Assembly: GCF_006345805.1 (NCBI RefSeq)
Contig: NW_021836150.1
Location: forward strand, 1 to 64,000
Direction of reading: 5' to 3'
Source of the DNA: Octopus sinensis
Taxonomy: Eukaryota
Length of the DNA: 64,000 nucleotides
Shown in pieces: positions 10,803 through 24,639 of the stretch; position 1 is the first letter of the stretch; each line of letters opens with the position of its first letter. The notes beneath the pieces were generated by a model. The model ran no database searches. It was not told the DNA's origin and saw nothing but the letters and a program-made list of their open reading frames with translations. Made by a program: the position numbers and the translations under genes.

Positions 10803-11281
10803 CAGGGGTTCTCAACCTTTTTATATCTAGGGTCCCCTTTGATTATTGTTTTATCCTGGAAGACACCCATAGCCATTCAATGTTTCAAAACTAGATTTAT
10901 TAACTTGTGCAGGTTGGACAATATAAAATGTTAGAGAAAGAAACCTAACTGTTTCTTGCAATACATACCAATACATACATCATCATCATCATTTAGCGTC
11001 CGTTTTCCATGCTAGCATGGGTTGGACGGTTCAACTGGGGTCTGTGAAGCCGGAAGGCTTCATCAGGCCCAGTCAGATCTGGCAGTGTTTCTACAGCTGG
11101 AAACCCTTCCTAACGCCAACCACTCCGTGAGTGTAGTGGGTGCTTTTTACGTGCCACCCGCACAGATATCTAAACCAGAATTTTTTCAGGGGCCCTTAAA
11201 ACACTATTGTGGATCCCCAATTTATTATTTTGTTGCATGGACTCCCAAAAATCTTATATGAACCCTAAGTAAGAACCACTT
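10803..11281. mobile_element. hAT-like non-autonomous element (MITE)
   Basis: Left TIR CAGGGGTTCTCAACC (10803-17), decayed right end AAGTAAGAACCACTT; 8-bp TSD ATATACAT (10795-802) / ATATACAC (11282-89). Confidence 0.75.
10981..11165 (-). mobile_element. family B copy nested in the hAT MITE
   Basis: catcatcatcatttagcgtccg..ccttcctaacgccaaccactccgtgagtgtagtggg. Confidence 0.85.
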
Positions 11282-11337
11282 ATATACACGAATCACCAGA
11301 AAGTGAAGGAACTGATTTGCATGGTTAGATAGATAGA

Positions 11338-11755
11338 GGCGCAGGAGTGGCTGTGTGGTAAGTAGCTTGTTTACCAATCACATGGTTCCGGGTTCAGTCC
11401 CACTGCCTGGCACCTTGGGCAAGTGTCTTCTACTATGGCCTCGGACCGACCAAAGCCTTGTGAGTGGATTTGGTAGAGGGAAACTGAAAAGAAGCCTGTC
11501 GTATATATATGTATATATATATATATGCGTGTGTGTGTGTTTGTGTGTCTGTGTTTGTCCCCCTAGCATTGCTTGACAACCGATGCTGGTGTGTTTATGT
11601 CCCCGTCACTTAGCGGTTCGGCAAAAGAGACCGATAGCATAAGTACTGGGCTTACAAAAGAATGTCCCGGGGTCGAATTGCTCGATTAAAGGTGGTGCTC
11701 CAGCATGGCTGCAGTCAAATGACTGAAACAAGTAAAAGAGTAAAAGAGTAAGAGT
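11338..11755 (+). mobile_element. SINE family A, young full-length copy
   Basis: Begins GGCGCAGGAGTGGCTGTGTGG and ends in an (AAGAGTA)n-type tail. Confidence 0.92.
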
Positions 11756-12109
11756 AAATAGATGCATCACTGTTATCGCAGTGCATTACTGAAGATGTTG
11801 GAAGACTGATCTAAGACGAAACGGTGTTGTATCTTTAGGATCTGAAAAAATGAAGGCTCAGTGCATGGAATAGCTTTGCACCTCTTCACTTCAGGTTAAG
11901 AAGTTAAACAGCCAGCAATTGAAACACAAAGGCATGGTAATTGTTTTATGTGTCATTCTTCTTAATTATCTGGAACGAACAAAATGCCCGTCCAATGGAC
12001 GATGCTGAGTTGTCAAATATTTAATCCAAATTTTCTCAAAACAACTTGTCTGACCGTCCCATAGGCCTCCCCTTTGAGAAACACTGATTTAACCTAAATT
12101 TGAGACACC

Positions 12110-12356
12110 ATGCATTTTTCTCGTGTACACGTAGCATCGATCACAAAAGCTGATGTACTTGCACGTACAAATTCACATTCCCACAGCTTTATCGATCGCA
12201 TTCTCACCTGGAATCGATTTTTGTAATTTTTTCAAGACTTATACATGCCTTGATACCGTGGGTATCTACATATCAAATTTGAGCTCAATTGGCTGGAGGA
12301 TGCCCGAGATCCTAGAAGACACACAGATAGACAGAATGGATTTTATATATTAGATA
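12110..12356 (+). mobile_element. Helitron/Helentron-like non-autonomous element 3' end
   Basis: caaatttgagctcaattgg..gatcctagaagacacacagatagacag..ttttatatattagat resembles Lep1-type rolling-circle element ends (family knowledge). Confidence 0.5.
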
Positions 12357-12636
12357 TGACTATACCATGGACAGCAAGAAGTACATTGGGACACCTAGAA
12401 GGAATACAAAAGCCATTAGGAAGAAGAAACTGAACAAGAATTTAAACTGGAAAAATGATCTACAAAACTTTTTTGTTTGCTCGTTGTGGTATCCATTGTG
12501 CAGTCTAGATATGATATTCAGTAACTTCTGTTCAGTCCAATGAAGGAGAGTCTTCGAGGACAACAATTTGTTGAAACATGAAGTGAAATTGATTTTGAAG
12601 AAGTGAGTATAACAGCTTACACAAGAACATTTTCAA

Positions 12637-12980
12637 AGTGGCTGTGTGGTAAGTACCCACTGCATAGCAACTTGAGCAGGTGTCTTCTACTATAGCCTCG
12701 GGCTGACCGAAGCCTTGTGAGTGGATTTGGTAGACAGAAACTGAAAGAAGCCCATCATATATATGTATATATATGTGTGTGTTTGTGTGTGTCCCCCCCC
12801 AACATCGCTTGACAACCGATACTGGTGTGTTTACGTCCCCGTAACTTAGCAGTTTGGCAAAAGAGACTGATAGAATAAGTACTAGGCTTACAAAGAATAA
12901 GTCCTGAGGTCGATTTGCTTGACTAAAGGTGGTGCTTCAGCATGGCCACAGTCGAATGACTGAAACAAGTAAAAAGAGTA
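12637..12980 (+). mobile_element. SINE family A with deletion in the head
   Basis: gtggctgtgtggtaagta joins to cccactgc, skipping the B-box; the rest matches family A. Confidence 0.85.
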
Positions 12981-15900
12981 TGGCTTCAACGATTGCACAA
13001 ATATATTGCTTTTGATGGCGATTCTGTTAATATCTTTGTTTAGATGAAGAATAACTCTATTGGTGGGGCATGTGCAATTTGAACAACCAAAGTCAGTTAA
13101 GAAAAAAAGTTATGTACACTTTTGCATTATTCTGGTATAACTCTCATATGAATATGGGCAAACTTCACCATGCAACATATAAACAAAGGTATATGGAACA
13201 AGTTATGAATACACATGAAAAAAGGCAATGCTAAAATAAACTCCAGAGATTAAAAAACATTCCATAGCAGCCAGAAAATCATCAAAGTAAAAAATAAATG
13301 CAAAGCAAACATGTATACCAGGAAATGAAAATGCTTTATCAAAATAAAAATAATAAAGTGTGTAAAAATTATAATTTAGAAATGTATGAAATATCTTTGT
13401 ATACAATATAGCATGCATATAACCACATCATGCACATATGTAGAAATAGTAATCTTTTTGATTTCTTTTTATATTCTTTATTTAAAGATTGTTGGAAACC
13501 AAGTTGAAATGCTACAATGGAATAAAACTTGTATTAAAAATATTAACAATTTAAGTGATCTTAATTTTTCTTTTGAAAACTTTAGTTTCTAAAAACAAAT
13601 GTCTACACCTATATGTCACAAAATTTTATATTTTCACTTTGTAGTAGAGTGTAGCCTCCTGAAAATATAGTGTCTCTATGTTTATTGTGACCATATGTAA
13701 AGAGTTTAGATTGTCTTTTACAATTTAATTTTTTTTAGTAAGTCTTTAAACATTTTGTTTAATTTTAATATTGAAATATTAATATTTTACACGTTAAAGT
13801 GTAAAAAGTCAAAATGTTTGGATTTTAAACTGAAAGAAATGGACACAGAATGAGTATTAAATAAACAGAATAAATGAATAGAGTAAGTAAATAAACAGTG
13901 TCTTGGTAGATTTATTCCACCATTGAATGTAAGACAACTCAAGAAACAGCAAAGTATCAGATCGATTTTTTTTACTGTCATTCTGTTGTATGTTAATATT
14001 TTTTTAATCTACTGCATTTTATATTAATACTTGAGTAAAAAGGAAAAGAAATCAATACAAATCAATCATGAATAATTATGATAAATAATTTGTCATGATT
14101 ATTAAAATTAAAAATAAAATTAGAATAAAACAAAAAAAAAAGGTAGTTGTTTTTTTTTTATTTATATTTGATCCAACGCTAACAATACAAAAAACGATTT
14201 TGTTTGCTTTTGTATATTTCTTTAACAGCAACATGAAATAAAAATGGTAAAATCTGTTCAATAATAGCAAGCATTTCTTACTTGTTAAAGCAAACAAGGA
14301 ACTGGCATTAACAAGCAACACACAATGAGAAATTGATACTGAAAATAGGAGCAAATTTCTCAAGAAAATTGATAGATTTAGGGAGCAAGCATTCCCATAA
14401 GAGAGATTGTCATAATGCTTTTCCTGGTGGAAAGAAAATTTACGATATTTGTTCTTTTCATTAAACTTATGGTTGCTTGTTGTTGCATTTTTAAACTTTA
14501 TTTAATTTTTTTAAATCAATCATTAAAAACATTCAGAAACTGATGAGAAGTTTCAAATTAAAGTTCAATTTAATGTAATTAAAATTCAAGCTTCCTTCAC
14601 CAAAGAAATATATAGGAAGTTGCTGTTTTCTTGCCTCTGACAAAGATTTCCTCATCACAGTTGTCATCAGCATAATCCTTATTATCCCCAAAATAATACT
14701 GGTTGCCATCATTGCTTAGCTACTTTGCCTGCCACTTATAAATGAAAAGTATATGACTGAAAGTGACAGAACTTATATAGGCATCTATGTTTGCAATACA
14801 AAGTTAGCGCACAAACATTTGACTGCTTTTCCCTGCCATTGGGATGTGAAATGTTGTTACTGCTATTATTTCTCCTATGAGGATGCTTCAGCAAAATAAA
14901 AATCAAAATAAGGATGAAAACATAATTACAAAGAGCAACAGAATATAGCTAATTTTTTTAATCCTAATTAATACAAAGTAAATGAATTTTAACCTGAGCC
15001 ACATTGTTTAATTTCTAAATATATTTAAATCTAGCTTCGGTTCTTTTTCTTTTGCTAAAATTTCTTGAATCAGATGACTTTGAGGCAAACTAAAAAGAAC
15101 TTACAAAGACTATAATTTTAATAGTAATGTTTGTGTGTGTGTGTGTGTGTGTGTGTGCTAATGCATACATTTTTCATTGGGATGAATATCTAAGCAAATA
15201 ATTTTTATTTCCTAAGTGAATATCTATGCAGGTTTACATAGCTTACATAGCAAGGTGTACAAACTCACCAACAGAGTGGAATTTATAGATGCTAATAGTA
15301 GACAAACCCTGTTGAATATTGATACATAATTTTATTGTTGATTTCTGTAAAAGTGTATGCCTATAAAAATTTAATGAAATTTAAACAAAGTTAATGTAAA
15401 TATAGATATTTCTCCTTTATGTATATAATATTCAAATTAATACATTATTTATGTTTTGGATATGCTCAAAATTTAAAACTTTGCACTATCTAAAACAAGC
15501 ACTCTTACAATAATTTGAATATCACAATAAAAATTTTCCTTGTCTTTAAATCACCTGTAAAATATTTCAAAACACTTCTGGTCTATGATGAACATGAATA
15601 ACAAAAAGATGACTTAAGATAATCTGCTTAATACTATATCAAACACACTTAGTATAAAATTTCTTGACAGAGGCAAGAATATGCTAATCTGTTAATAATA
15701 ATATATTTCTAAGAAGGGGAATTACATAAAATAAGTTGGTGGAAAAGATATTTAAGAAAAAAAAAACTGAGCTAACTAAAAAAAAAAGGGTAAAAGAAAA
15801 ATAAACTAAATATAAAAAATCCAAATTAAAAACAAAGGAAAATGCATGGTACAAATTTTGCATTCAGGAACAAACTACCAAATCGAAGAACCCACCCGTA

Positions 15901-15982
15901 GGTTATACACATACTATGAGAAATATCAAATTAAATGAAGGCAAACATTGAGAAGATAGTGTATATCACAAACAACACACAA

Positions 15983-15984
<2 letters not shown>

Positions 15985-16017
<33 letters not shown>

Positions 16018-16043
16018 ACTTATATACATATATACTTATATAA

Positions 16044-16104
<61 letters not shown>

Positions 16105-16185
16105 TATTTTCATATTTATATATTTTCTTATTTATCTATCTCACTACCTATCAGTCTATCTATTCTCTTACAAATATATATATAT

Positions 16186-16220
<35 letters not shown>
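15985..16220. repeat. (TA)n-rich microsatellite array
   Basis: Direct inspection; source of the spurious YIYI ORFs. Confidence 0.95.
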
Positions 16221-16369
16221 GGGATTGTGGTTGAAAAGTTTGCTTCCCAACCCTGTGGTTTTGAGATCAATCCCACGGCATAGCTCAGAGTTGATAAAAG
16301 CCTTATGAGTGGATTTGCTGCTTGGAAACTGAAAGAAGCCTTTCATTTACTTATTTATGTCTTTATATG

Positions 16370-16535
16370 TGGAAGTTGTAACTGAATGTTACAATTTAAG
16401 AAGTGATGCAGTTCACTTACAATCTTCCATGGAAGCATGTCCGGCCTTAGGGGAAATATTACCTTGCTCAGAAACAGGTGAAAGTTGGCAACAAGAGGGG
16501 CATGTGAATACAGAAAATGTGCCTCAAAGGAATTA
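16370..16535 (+). mobile_element. SINE-like family E, diverged (second copy 26680-26845)
   Basis: ggggaaatattaccttgctcagaaacaggtgaaagttggcaacaagaggggcat, similar to 26760-26830. Confidence 0.55.
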
Positions 16536-16740
16536 TGATATATGTAAACATATACATTTATGAATATCTCGATAGGTATACAAACACTCACACACAATAT
16601 ATATATATATATATATATACATACACACACATATACATATATAAACATACATTTATATGAAAATGATACCTACAAATTTGAATGTGTGTGTGTTCAAATA
16701 AATTAATAAATATATATATATAAGCAAAATATATCCCCAG

Positions 16741-17119
16741 TGGCACTCCGTTAGTTATGACGATGTGGGTTCCAGTTGATCTGATCAATGGAACAGCTTG
16801 CTCATGAAATTAACGTGTAAGTGGCTGAACACTCCACAGACATACGTACCCTTAATGTAGTTCTTGGGGAGATTCAGCGTTACACAGAGGGTGACAAGGC
16901 TGGCTCTTTGAAATACAGGTACAACAGAAACAGGAAGAAAGAGTGAGAGGAAATTATGGTGAAAGAGTACAGCAGGGTTCGCCACCACCCCCTGCCAGAG
17001 CCCCATGGAGCTTTAGGTGTCTTCGCGCAATAAACACTCACAATGCCCAGTCTGGGAATCAAAACCGCGATCCTATGACCACAAGTCCACTGCCCTAACC
17101 ACTGGGCCATTGTGCCTCC
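16741..17119 (-). mobile_element. SINE family D, tail type 1 with extra internal segment
   Basis: tRNA-like head at 17119-17050 (minus); tail tggcactccgttagttatgacga..ggaacagcttgctcatgaaattaacg matches 62498-62571. Confidence 0.8.
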
Positions 17120-18699
17120 ACTACAAAATATATTGTATACTAATATATACTTATATATGCCAATATATAAATTTGTGTATAAATTTTATATATATGTATA
17201 TAAATAAATACACATACGTACATATTTATAGATATTTGTATACATGCAAGGATACAGTCATTAACACACGCATACACAGATATATGCTTACACACACACT
17301 CATGTGCATGCACACACACACACACACACTCTTGTGTATGCACACACACACACACACACACACACACACCAATTAGATAAACAATGCAGATCAGACTGAG
17401 CTGGCAGGAGACATGGATCTGAAACAAAGTGTATCATTTGGAACAACAAAAGAAGTTATTGATATTTTTGTGAAGTGCCTTCTGGAAAAATTATTTTTTC
17501 TTTTAAAAAGTATTTCTCTGGTTATAAAAATTACAGATAACAGATGAATAACTCCAGAAAAGCTTTAAATATGTAACAACACTTATTAAAAACTTTAGGT
17601 TTTTGAGTTTTTTCAACTAGAGAAAACAAATGAATTGTCAGTAAAATGGGAATATGGAGAAAGAATGATAAAATAAAGGGGGGAAAAAAATGTAGAACTG
17701 ATGAAAGAAAAATATGAAAGTATAGCAAAAAAGAAAAAGCAAACTATACAGTTAAGTAATACATAGAGGATTATTCTTGGGACCCATTACTTACATCTAG
17801 GCAAACGCTGTTTTGGGTTTGTGGTAGAATTGTACATCATAGAATACTAAAGTTCCTCTCTTGTCTTTGATTTTACTGTGAAAAGTAACTATAGCATGCA
17901 AGATTTCTTGAGGAACAATCTATTCCAATGGGTGTAGATTTTACATTTTCTGCTAATATTCATTTACAGTTTACAATTTTCAAAATTTTCTAGCCAATAT
18001 AATGTATTTCCATCATGGGAGTCACAAACTAATAAACCTTTCAAACTATATATTCTTACTCAAAGAAAAAGCAGAGACAAGAGATTTGAAATATTTACAC
18101 CGTGTATGCAAGAAAAGAAATATTTCCTTCAATACTGGACACATGTATTCTAAATCAAGCACAAATTTTGTCCACATTTGTGATGTGAGTTTTGATAAAG
18201 CAGTTGACTAAAATTTACCTATATTTTAAAGATTTATTTTTCTTGTGTCTTTTTCTCTATTCCAAATACATTTATGGGCAATAAAGTGGTTTCTTATATT
18301 AAAAAAATTTCCAAAGGACAACTAATTTTTCCAGGAGGTTCATGAGAATCAAAGAACTTCTTTTGTTATCAGAGATGATCTTATTTGATTCAGAAATATG
18401 TGATGTTCTTCCAATCAAATGGATAAAAGAAGTTTCCTAGTAATGTTCAAATTCACGGAAGAAATGCAATTGTGTGTGTGTGTATTCACACAGCACGAAG
18501 TTTTGTCACTGAACAGGTCATGGTCTCAAAGCAACAAAAATATTTTGACAAATTAAGTTTAAATGTTGAAGTGAATCTAACGGTTTTTGTGTGTTTCTTA
18601 AATGGCTTATAAACACCTTCCATGCTGCAATTGTTTTCGTTCCAGCACACAATCTCAGATCAGGTCACTTGCTATGCAAGTACATCTCCGTAATATATA

Positions 18700-18786
<87 letters not shown>

Positions 18787-18899
18787 CTTTTACGTGTTTC
18801 AGCCATATAGCTGCAGTCATACTGGAGTACTACTGTGACTTTGTACCCTTTCCAAAGTTCTCTTATTTGTGGTTGATCTCTTCTGTGCGGTGGGATTTC

Positions 18900-19270
18900 A
18901 TATTGCTACACTTGCATGTAATATTTTTTCCTGCTTGTTGGCTCATTTGATGTATGAAGGAGTTTGACACTACTACCCTCGTCTGTAAGTCCTTTTGGGG
19001 CATTGTTATGGATAAGAGAATGACATTTCTTTGTGAAGACATCCACACTGACATTGCATAGGTTACTTAATTCTTTTGGCAGAGCATTGAAGAGATGTGA
19101 GCCTTATTGTAGTACCTGACCCTCCCATTAGTTTGAAGTACCCTTAGTGTTCCAAAATGGTGCCTGGTAAGGTGATTTGTATAACTTTTGATGTTGAAAT
19201 TAGTTACAACTCTTCCAGAATTTTCTACTGGTAAACCATTACATATTAACCGTGTCTTCACTCCAGTGAA
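18900..19270 (-). mobile_element. CR1-like LINE 3' end relic
   Basis: Minus strand gives VTNFNIKSYTN..RH..; LFNALPKELSNL..VDVF, typical of the CR1 ORF2 C-terminus. The same 3' tip recurs at 29490-29550. Confidence 0.65.
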
Positions 19271-19272
19271 AA

Positions 19273-19282
<10 letters not shown>

Positions 19283-19307
<25 letters not shown>

Positions 19308-19641
19308 ACCCCCTTTGGTCATGAATGATCATGAGATTGCACCTAGAAAGTTCCCCTCCAAAGCACAAGTCTGGGCAAGATCGTTTATGGAAGACCAGCA
19401 GTTGTCCACACATACCAGCCTCCCCTCTCCATGTCACCAATATTGTCCAAGAGAAAGGCAAAGGCCAATACAGCTTGGCACCAGTTGCAACTCGTTTCTA
19501 CATTTCTCCAGCTGAGTGAACTGGAACAACATGAAATAAAGAAAGTGTCTTGCTCAAGAACACAACACAAAGCCTGGTCTGTAAATTGAACTCACTACCT
19601 CATGATTGTGAGCCCAATGCTTTAACCACTCAGTCATGCAC
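19283..19641 (-). mobile_element. SINE family D, tail type 2
   Basis: Reverse-complement similarity to 6062-6350. Confidence 0.8.
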
Positions 19642-19663
19642 CTTTACGTAAAAAGTGTGGGAT

Positions 19664-19764
19664 GCTTGTAGCACATAGGTGTCCAAAGCAGTCACCCATC
19701 AAAGTACTTAACTAGGCTCAATGTTGCTTAATTTCAGTGATCGGATGAGAACTAGTACATTTAG
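19664..19764 (-). pseudogene. 5S rRNA pseudogene (5'-truncated, decayed)
   Basis: Plus strand gcttgtagcac..gcagtcacccatcaaagtacttaactaggctcaatgttgcttaatttcagtgatcggatgagaac is the reverse complement of metazoan 5S (gttctcgtccgatcaccgaagttaagcagcgtcgggcctggttagtacttggatgggtgaccgc) with mostly transition changes. Confidence 0.85.
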
Positions 19765-20221
19765 TATATATATATATATATATATATATCCTTAAAATCC
19801 TTTAAAACTTTTGCAGCCCAAAGGCTGCAGCCATGCTGGGTCACCACCGTTGAATGACCTACACTAGTATGTGAAACCACCTCTGATACGTGGCACTTGA
19901 TCAACAAGGGAGTTCAATGCCGCTGCCCGCATCTGTGTTTCCTGCCAAAGTTATATATAAACACACACAAACACGTGTGTGTATGCATATATACTCACAC
20001 AACATGTATGTTATTGTTTACATTCTTAGACTTTGCTTGCATGGGTCACTCAGAAAAGTGATATTCTTTATCACTGAGACAAGCAGAAGAATAATGGCAA
20101 GGAATTTAAAGTCAATGAATTTGAAATGCCCCAAAATTAAGCAGATTCTTGTCTCTATAGGCCATGAGTTGATATCCTTTTTTATTTGTTCTTTACCACA
20201 TTTCACTCTGATTTTCACTAA

Positions 20222-20260
<39 letters not shown>

Positions 20261-20519
20261 TGTGTGAGTATGTTTGTTTTATGTATGTATATGTCCCTAC
20301 ATTACACATGTATACACAAGTGTTTATGTATATGTATCCTCTGACTGTCTGTCTCTCACTCATATATACATACATTTATATATACATATATATATATACA
20401 TACATACATTTATATACATATATATATAATTCTTTTTTTTCCATAATGAGATAAAAAACCAAGGCTGTTACCTCTCATAACCTATGTATAAATATATATC
20501 CTGGGTGACTTCTAATTAA

Positions 20520-20940
20520 ATTATACACATTTGTTTTGTGTGTGAACCCTTAAACACGAGAAACACATTTCTGCATAAAGAATCTCATGACCTGAACCTA
20601 ATACTCCTACATTAGACACATTTGTGTACAAATTTATTTCCATACTTGACTGAATTCTAACTAATAACTCCCACTTCAAACCAGGCAAAATCTTACATCA
20701 ATAACTTTCTGTCAACCCACACTCCACAAACACATTTTATACCTACCCTATTCTGTTCCCCTTACCTAAACAACTAATTCCAGACCAATATACCAGCCCA
20801 ATTATCATTTCACATAACTCCACCTACCCCCAAAAAACAACTTGTCATAGACTACATAAAACCAAAAATAACCCAAGTGTAGTACAATCTGACGAAGGAT
20901 AGCAGTCTGAAACTTTGAAGTTACAGACGCTTCTCTTCTT
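20520..20940 (+). mobile_element. Penelope-like element 3' end with decayed hammerhead motif (20889-20928)
   Basis: C/A-rich segment ending in CTGACGA-A-GGA..TCT-GAAAC-TTTGAA-GTT; stem I is not formed. Confidence 0.45.
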
Positions 20941-21079
20941 GAAATATTTAATAAACATACTTAACTAAAAAGTATAAATTCTTGCATTTAATGTTAACTT
21001 TATTCATAACTTGACATGAAAGCAGACATCAACACATTTATGTATATAAGTATGTATATATGTATATATATATACACAC

Positions 21080-21124
<45 letters not shown>

Positions 21125-21198
21125 AACATAGATATATATATATATACACAAACATACATACATATATATATATATATACACAAACATACATACATATA

Positions 21199-21247
<49 letters not shown>

Positions 21248-21846
21248 ATACATACACTCACACACACACATATATGAATATTATTACATAAATATATTAA
21301 CACAGAAGATATGTGCAAAACTAAATTTACATTTGTAAATAAATATATGCAAAAATATATAAATTTTTATGTATGCATAAATACATATGTGTATGTATAC
21401 TGATTTGTATACATAAATACATATGTTCATATGTATGCTAAAAAAAATATATATATATATATCATTAGTATTTAATGTCCTCTCTTCCATGGCCAGACAT
21501 GTTTTTCATGGGAGACCGGAAACAAACATCACCTACATGATAGTGATGCTTGTTTACAATCACCATGTTATATTAAGACAAGGGTACACACACACATACA
21601 TATATACAAATATATGCATGTGTGTGCACTTACAATGGGCTTCTTTCAGTTTCCATCTATGAAACTTCACTCACAAGGTTTTGGTTGGGCTAGGGTTACA
21701 TTTGAAGACACAGCATCTTGAGTAATTGTCTTTTACAATAGCTCAAAGAGAACTCAAACCTTCTAAGTGGATTTGGTATATATATATATATATATATATG
21801 TTTGTCCCCTCTATGTTTTGCCCCTTGTGGGCAGTAAAGAAATATA

Positions 21847-21890
<44 letters not shown>

Positions 21891-21990
21891 CAAAAATGAA
21901 TGTGAATATACAAATGTGAATACATAAATATAAATACATACACAAATGTATATAGAAACATGTATGTGTATATATAAATAAATACATATA

Positions 21991-22273
21991 TATTCTGTTG
22001 TGTCTGGGGAGAGTAATTTTCTTTTTGTGCCTTATGATGTAACGCAATCACCGGTAAAATTTCTACTTATTTCTTATTTTTATTTTCCTAAAATTTTCGT
22101 TGCGTCTTGAAACCTTTTCGATAGTCTTCAATAGTTTTTAGAGAGTCAAGACTATTGAAAAGATTGCAAGACGCAACGAAAATTTTTAGAAAAATAAATA
22201 AGTAGAAATTTTACCAGTGTGTTACATTATAAGGCGCAAAAAGAAAATGACTCTCCCCAGACACAACAGAATA
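21991..22273. mobile_element. fold-back (palindromic) MITE-like element
   Basis: Arms tattctgttgtgtctggggagagtaattttctttttgtgcc..caccggtaaaatttctacttattt and its near-perfect reverse complement; mirrored ORFs [19 protein letters not shown] / [19 protein letters not shown] confirm the symmetry. Confidence 0.85.
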
Positions 22274-22354
22274 TGTTTCAACACACGAACTCATATAAAG
22301 AATCTTACAAACCAAATCCAAAAACGAAATGCATATATATTATATAATTTTGTG

Positions 22355-22620
22355 AGGGCGCATGGCTTAGTGGTTTCAGTTCCTAGACCGGGTGGTGCAT
22401 TGTATTCTTGAGCAAAACACTTTATCTCAAGTTGTTCTGCAGTCACTTTGACACCTGGCGCATGTTACACAGAGCACCTGTTCAAATGATGTCAGTTTGA
22501 TGGAGAGAGTGATCTGATACACAGGTACAAATATTTGATCGCTATAAACAAATCATTTGTGTAGGTCATTTGGTAAAAGGTGAATGCTTATATGTTGTCT
22601 TTGATGGGAGAGTCCGTTAT
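22355..22620 (+). mobile_element. SINE family D, tail type 4 (head partly deleted)
   Basis: GGCGCATGGCTTAGTGG..ttcttgagcaaaacactttat followed by a tail unlike types 1-3. Confidence 0.65.
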
Positions 22621-22913
22621 TATATATTTTATTAATGATTTGTAACAGTTAGAGAATGACTTAAGGACCCAGAGTTTTGTTCCATGTGCACTTATCAAGA
22701 CCCAGTGCATGAAGTTATAGTTACAACTTAACTTCAAGCAATTATTAATAAAAACAATATATACTCATGTTCTGAGATCTCCTTTGCTGGTTGCCTCACC
22801 AAACTAATATATGTATATGTGTGTGCACACATATATACATGCATACATATATATATATATATACACACACACACATTTGAATTTATATATATATAATATA
22901 CACAACCCATTGA

Positions 22914-22960
<47 letters not shown>

Positions 22961-23031
22961 ATATTGTTATATTTTGGAATGGTCATTTTGCAGTTTAGCC
23001 AATAAATATATAAATGTACTATATACACATA

Positions 23032-23343
23032 TATATGTATATATGTATGTATGTATGTATATATGTATGTATGTATGTATGTATATAGGTATGTATGTAT
23101 GTATATATGTATATATGTATGTATGTATATAGGTATGTATGTATATATATATATATATGTATGTATGTATGTGTATGAATATATATATATGTATGTATAT
23201 GTATATATATATATATGTATATATATGTATGTATGTGTATGTATGTATGTGTATGTATATATATATGTATATATATATGTATATATTGTATGTATGTGTA
23301 TGTATGTATGTATATGTATATATATGTATGTATTATATGTATG

Positions 23344-23386
<43 letters not shown>

Positions 23387-23401
23387 GTATATGTATGTAT
23401 G

Positions 23402-23435
<34 letters not shown>

Positions 23436-23477
23436 TCTATGTATGTATATATATATGTATGTATATGTATGTATATG

Positions 23478-23520
<43 letters not shown>
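23032..23520. repeat. ~490-bp compound (TATG)n/(TA)n microsatellite
   Basis: Direct inspection. Confidence 0.95.
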
Positions 23521-23523
<3 letters not shown>

Positions 23524-23534
23524 GATGTGAAGCC

Positions 23535-23826
23535 TACTGGTTAGGGTTTTGCACTCAAGATTGTTAAATTGTGGGTTTGATTACCGGACTGGGTGTCACA
23601 TTGTGTTCTTGAGCAAAACACTCCATTTCCTTTTGCTCCATTCCACTCAGCTGTAAATCGGCATAATTCTTAAGCTAAATTGATGCAAAGCACATTATCG
23701 CCAGTGATGTATAACAACAACTGATAGTGTATACCAGAATATATGCATAGTTCGACTAAAAATAAATTCAAGGCAGTGCCCCATCATGGTTGCAGTCTAA
23801 TGACTGAAGTGAGTAAAAGATAAAAG
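23535..23826 (+). mobile_element. chimeric SINE: family D head/CORE-like block with family A tail
   Basis: tgtgttcttgagcaaaacact..ccactcagctgtaaat (D) ending in aggcagtgccccatcatggttgcagtctaatgactgaagtgagtaaaag (A). Confidence 0.55.
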
Positions 23827-23936
23827 TTATATATATATATAAATTATAATTATTACCTTTGAAGGTTTTTATTCCCATGCAGGCCACTTGATAAGATCGA
23901 TAATTAAATTAACGGTCTTTTCTTATTTATATAAAT

Positions 23937-23983
<47 letters not shown>

Positions 23984-24042
23984 TATATATATAATATATA
24001 TATATATATTTATATATGTATGTACGCATTGTATATTATTTT

Positions 24043-24603
24043 ATTCTTTTACTTGTTTCAGTCATCTGACTGTGGCCATTCTGAAGCACCACTTTAAAGG
24101 GTATTAGTGGAAAAAAGTAACTGACCCCCAGGACTTATTCTTTGTAAGCCTAGTACTTATTCTATCAGTCTCTTTTCCTGAACCATTAATTTACAAGGAC
24201 ATAAACACACTAGCATTGGTTGTCAAGTGATGGCTGGGGAGGAGGGAGGCAAACACAGACACACACACTGCACTCACGGAGTGGTTGGCGTTAGGAAGGG
24301 CATCCAGCCGTAGAAACTTTGCCAGATCAGACTGGGCCTGGTGCAGCCTTCTGACTTCCCAGACCCCAGTTGAACTGTCCAACCCATGCTAGCATGGAAA
24401 GCGGACGCTAAATGATGATGATGATGATATATATACACAACAGACTTCTTCCAGTTTCCATCTACCAAATCCACTCGTAAGGCTTTGGTTGCCCTGAGGT
24501 TATAATAGAAGACAATTTCCCAAGGTGCCATGCAGAGGGACTGAACTCAGAACCATGTGGTTAGGAAGTGGTTAGGAAGTAAGCTTCTTACCACACAGCC
24601 ACT
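24043..24603 (-). mobile_element. SINE family A with a family B copy (24268-24428, + strand) inserted in its internal microsatellite
   Basis: Both halves of A are present; the B sequence ggcgttaggaagggcatccagcc..gacgctaaatgatgatg lies exactly at the CA/TA tract. Confidence 0.85.
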
Positions 24604-24639
24604 AGTTTAAACTCAAGAGTTGTGGCCATGCTAGGCTAC

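Larger units (their letters stand above)
10370..13040 (+). mobile_element. second fragmented fossil mariner (same family as 1430-3650), opposite orientation
   Basis: 10387-10490 SKQKQYTIIEFLTKEGCRLFNIHRKLQVVWGDDTV; 11830-11945 DLKKMKAQCME..; 12490-12590 YPLCSLD..LFSPMKESLRGQQF; 12985-13035 QRLHKYIAFDGDSV. DNA similarity to 3560-3640 and 2720-2760. Confidence 0.8.

Noticed and set aside
14590-14720. Minus-strand open stretch SNDGNQYYFGDNKDYADDNCDEEIF
   Set aside because: Weak acceptor, preceded by an in-frame stop, no supporting exons.
17794-17876. Minus-strand segment with good splice sites (KIKDKRGTLVFYDVQFYHKPKTAFA*)
   Set aside because: Stop codon just before the donor and no linked exons; cannot be supported without RNA data.
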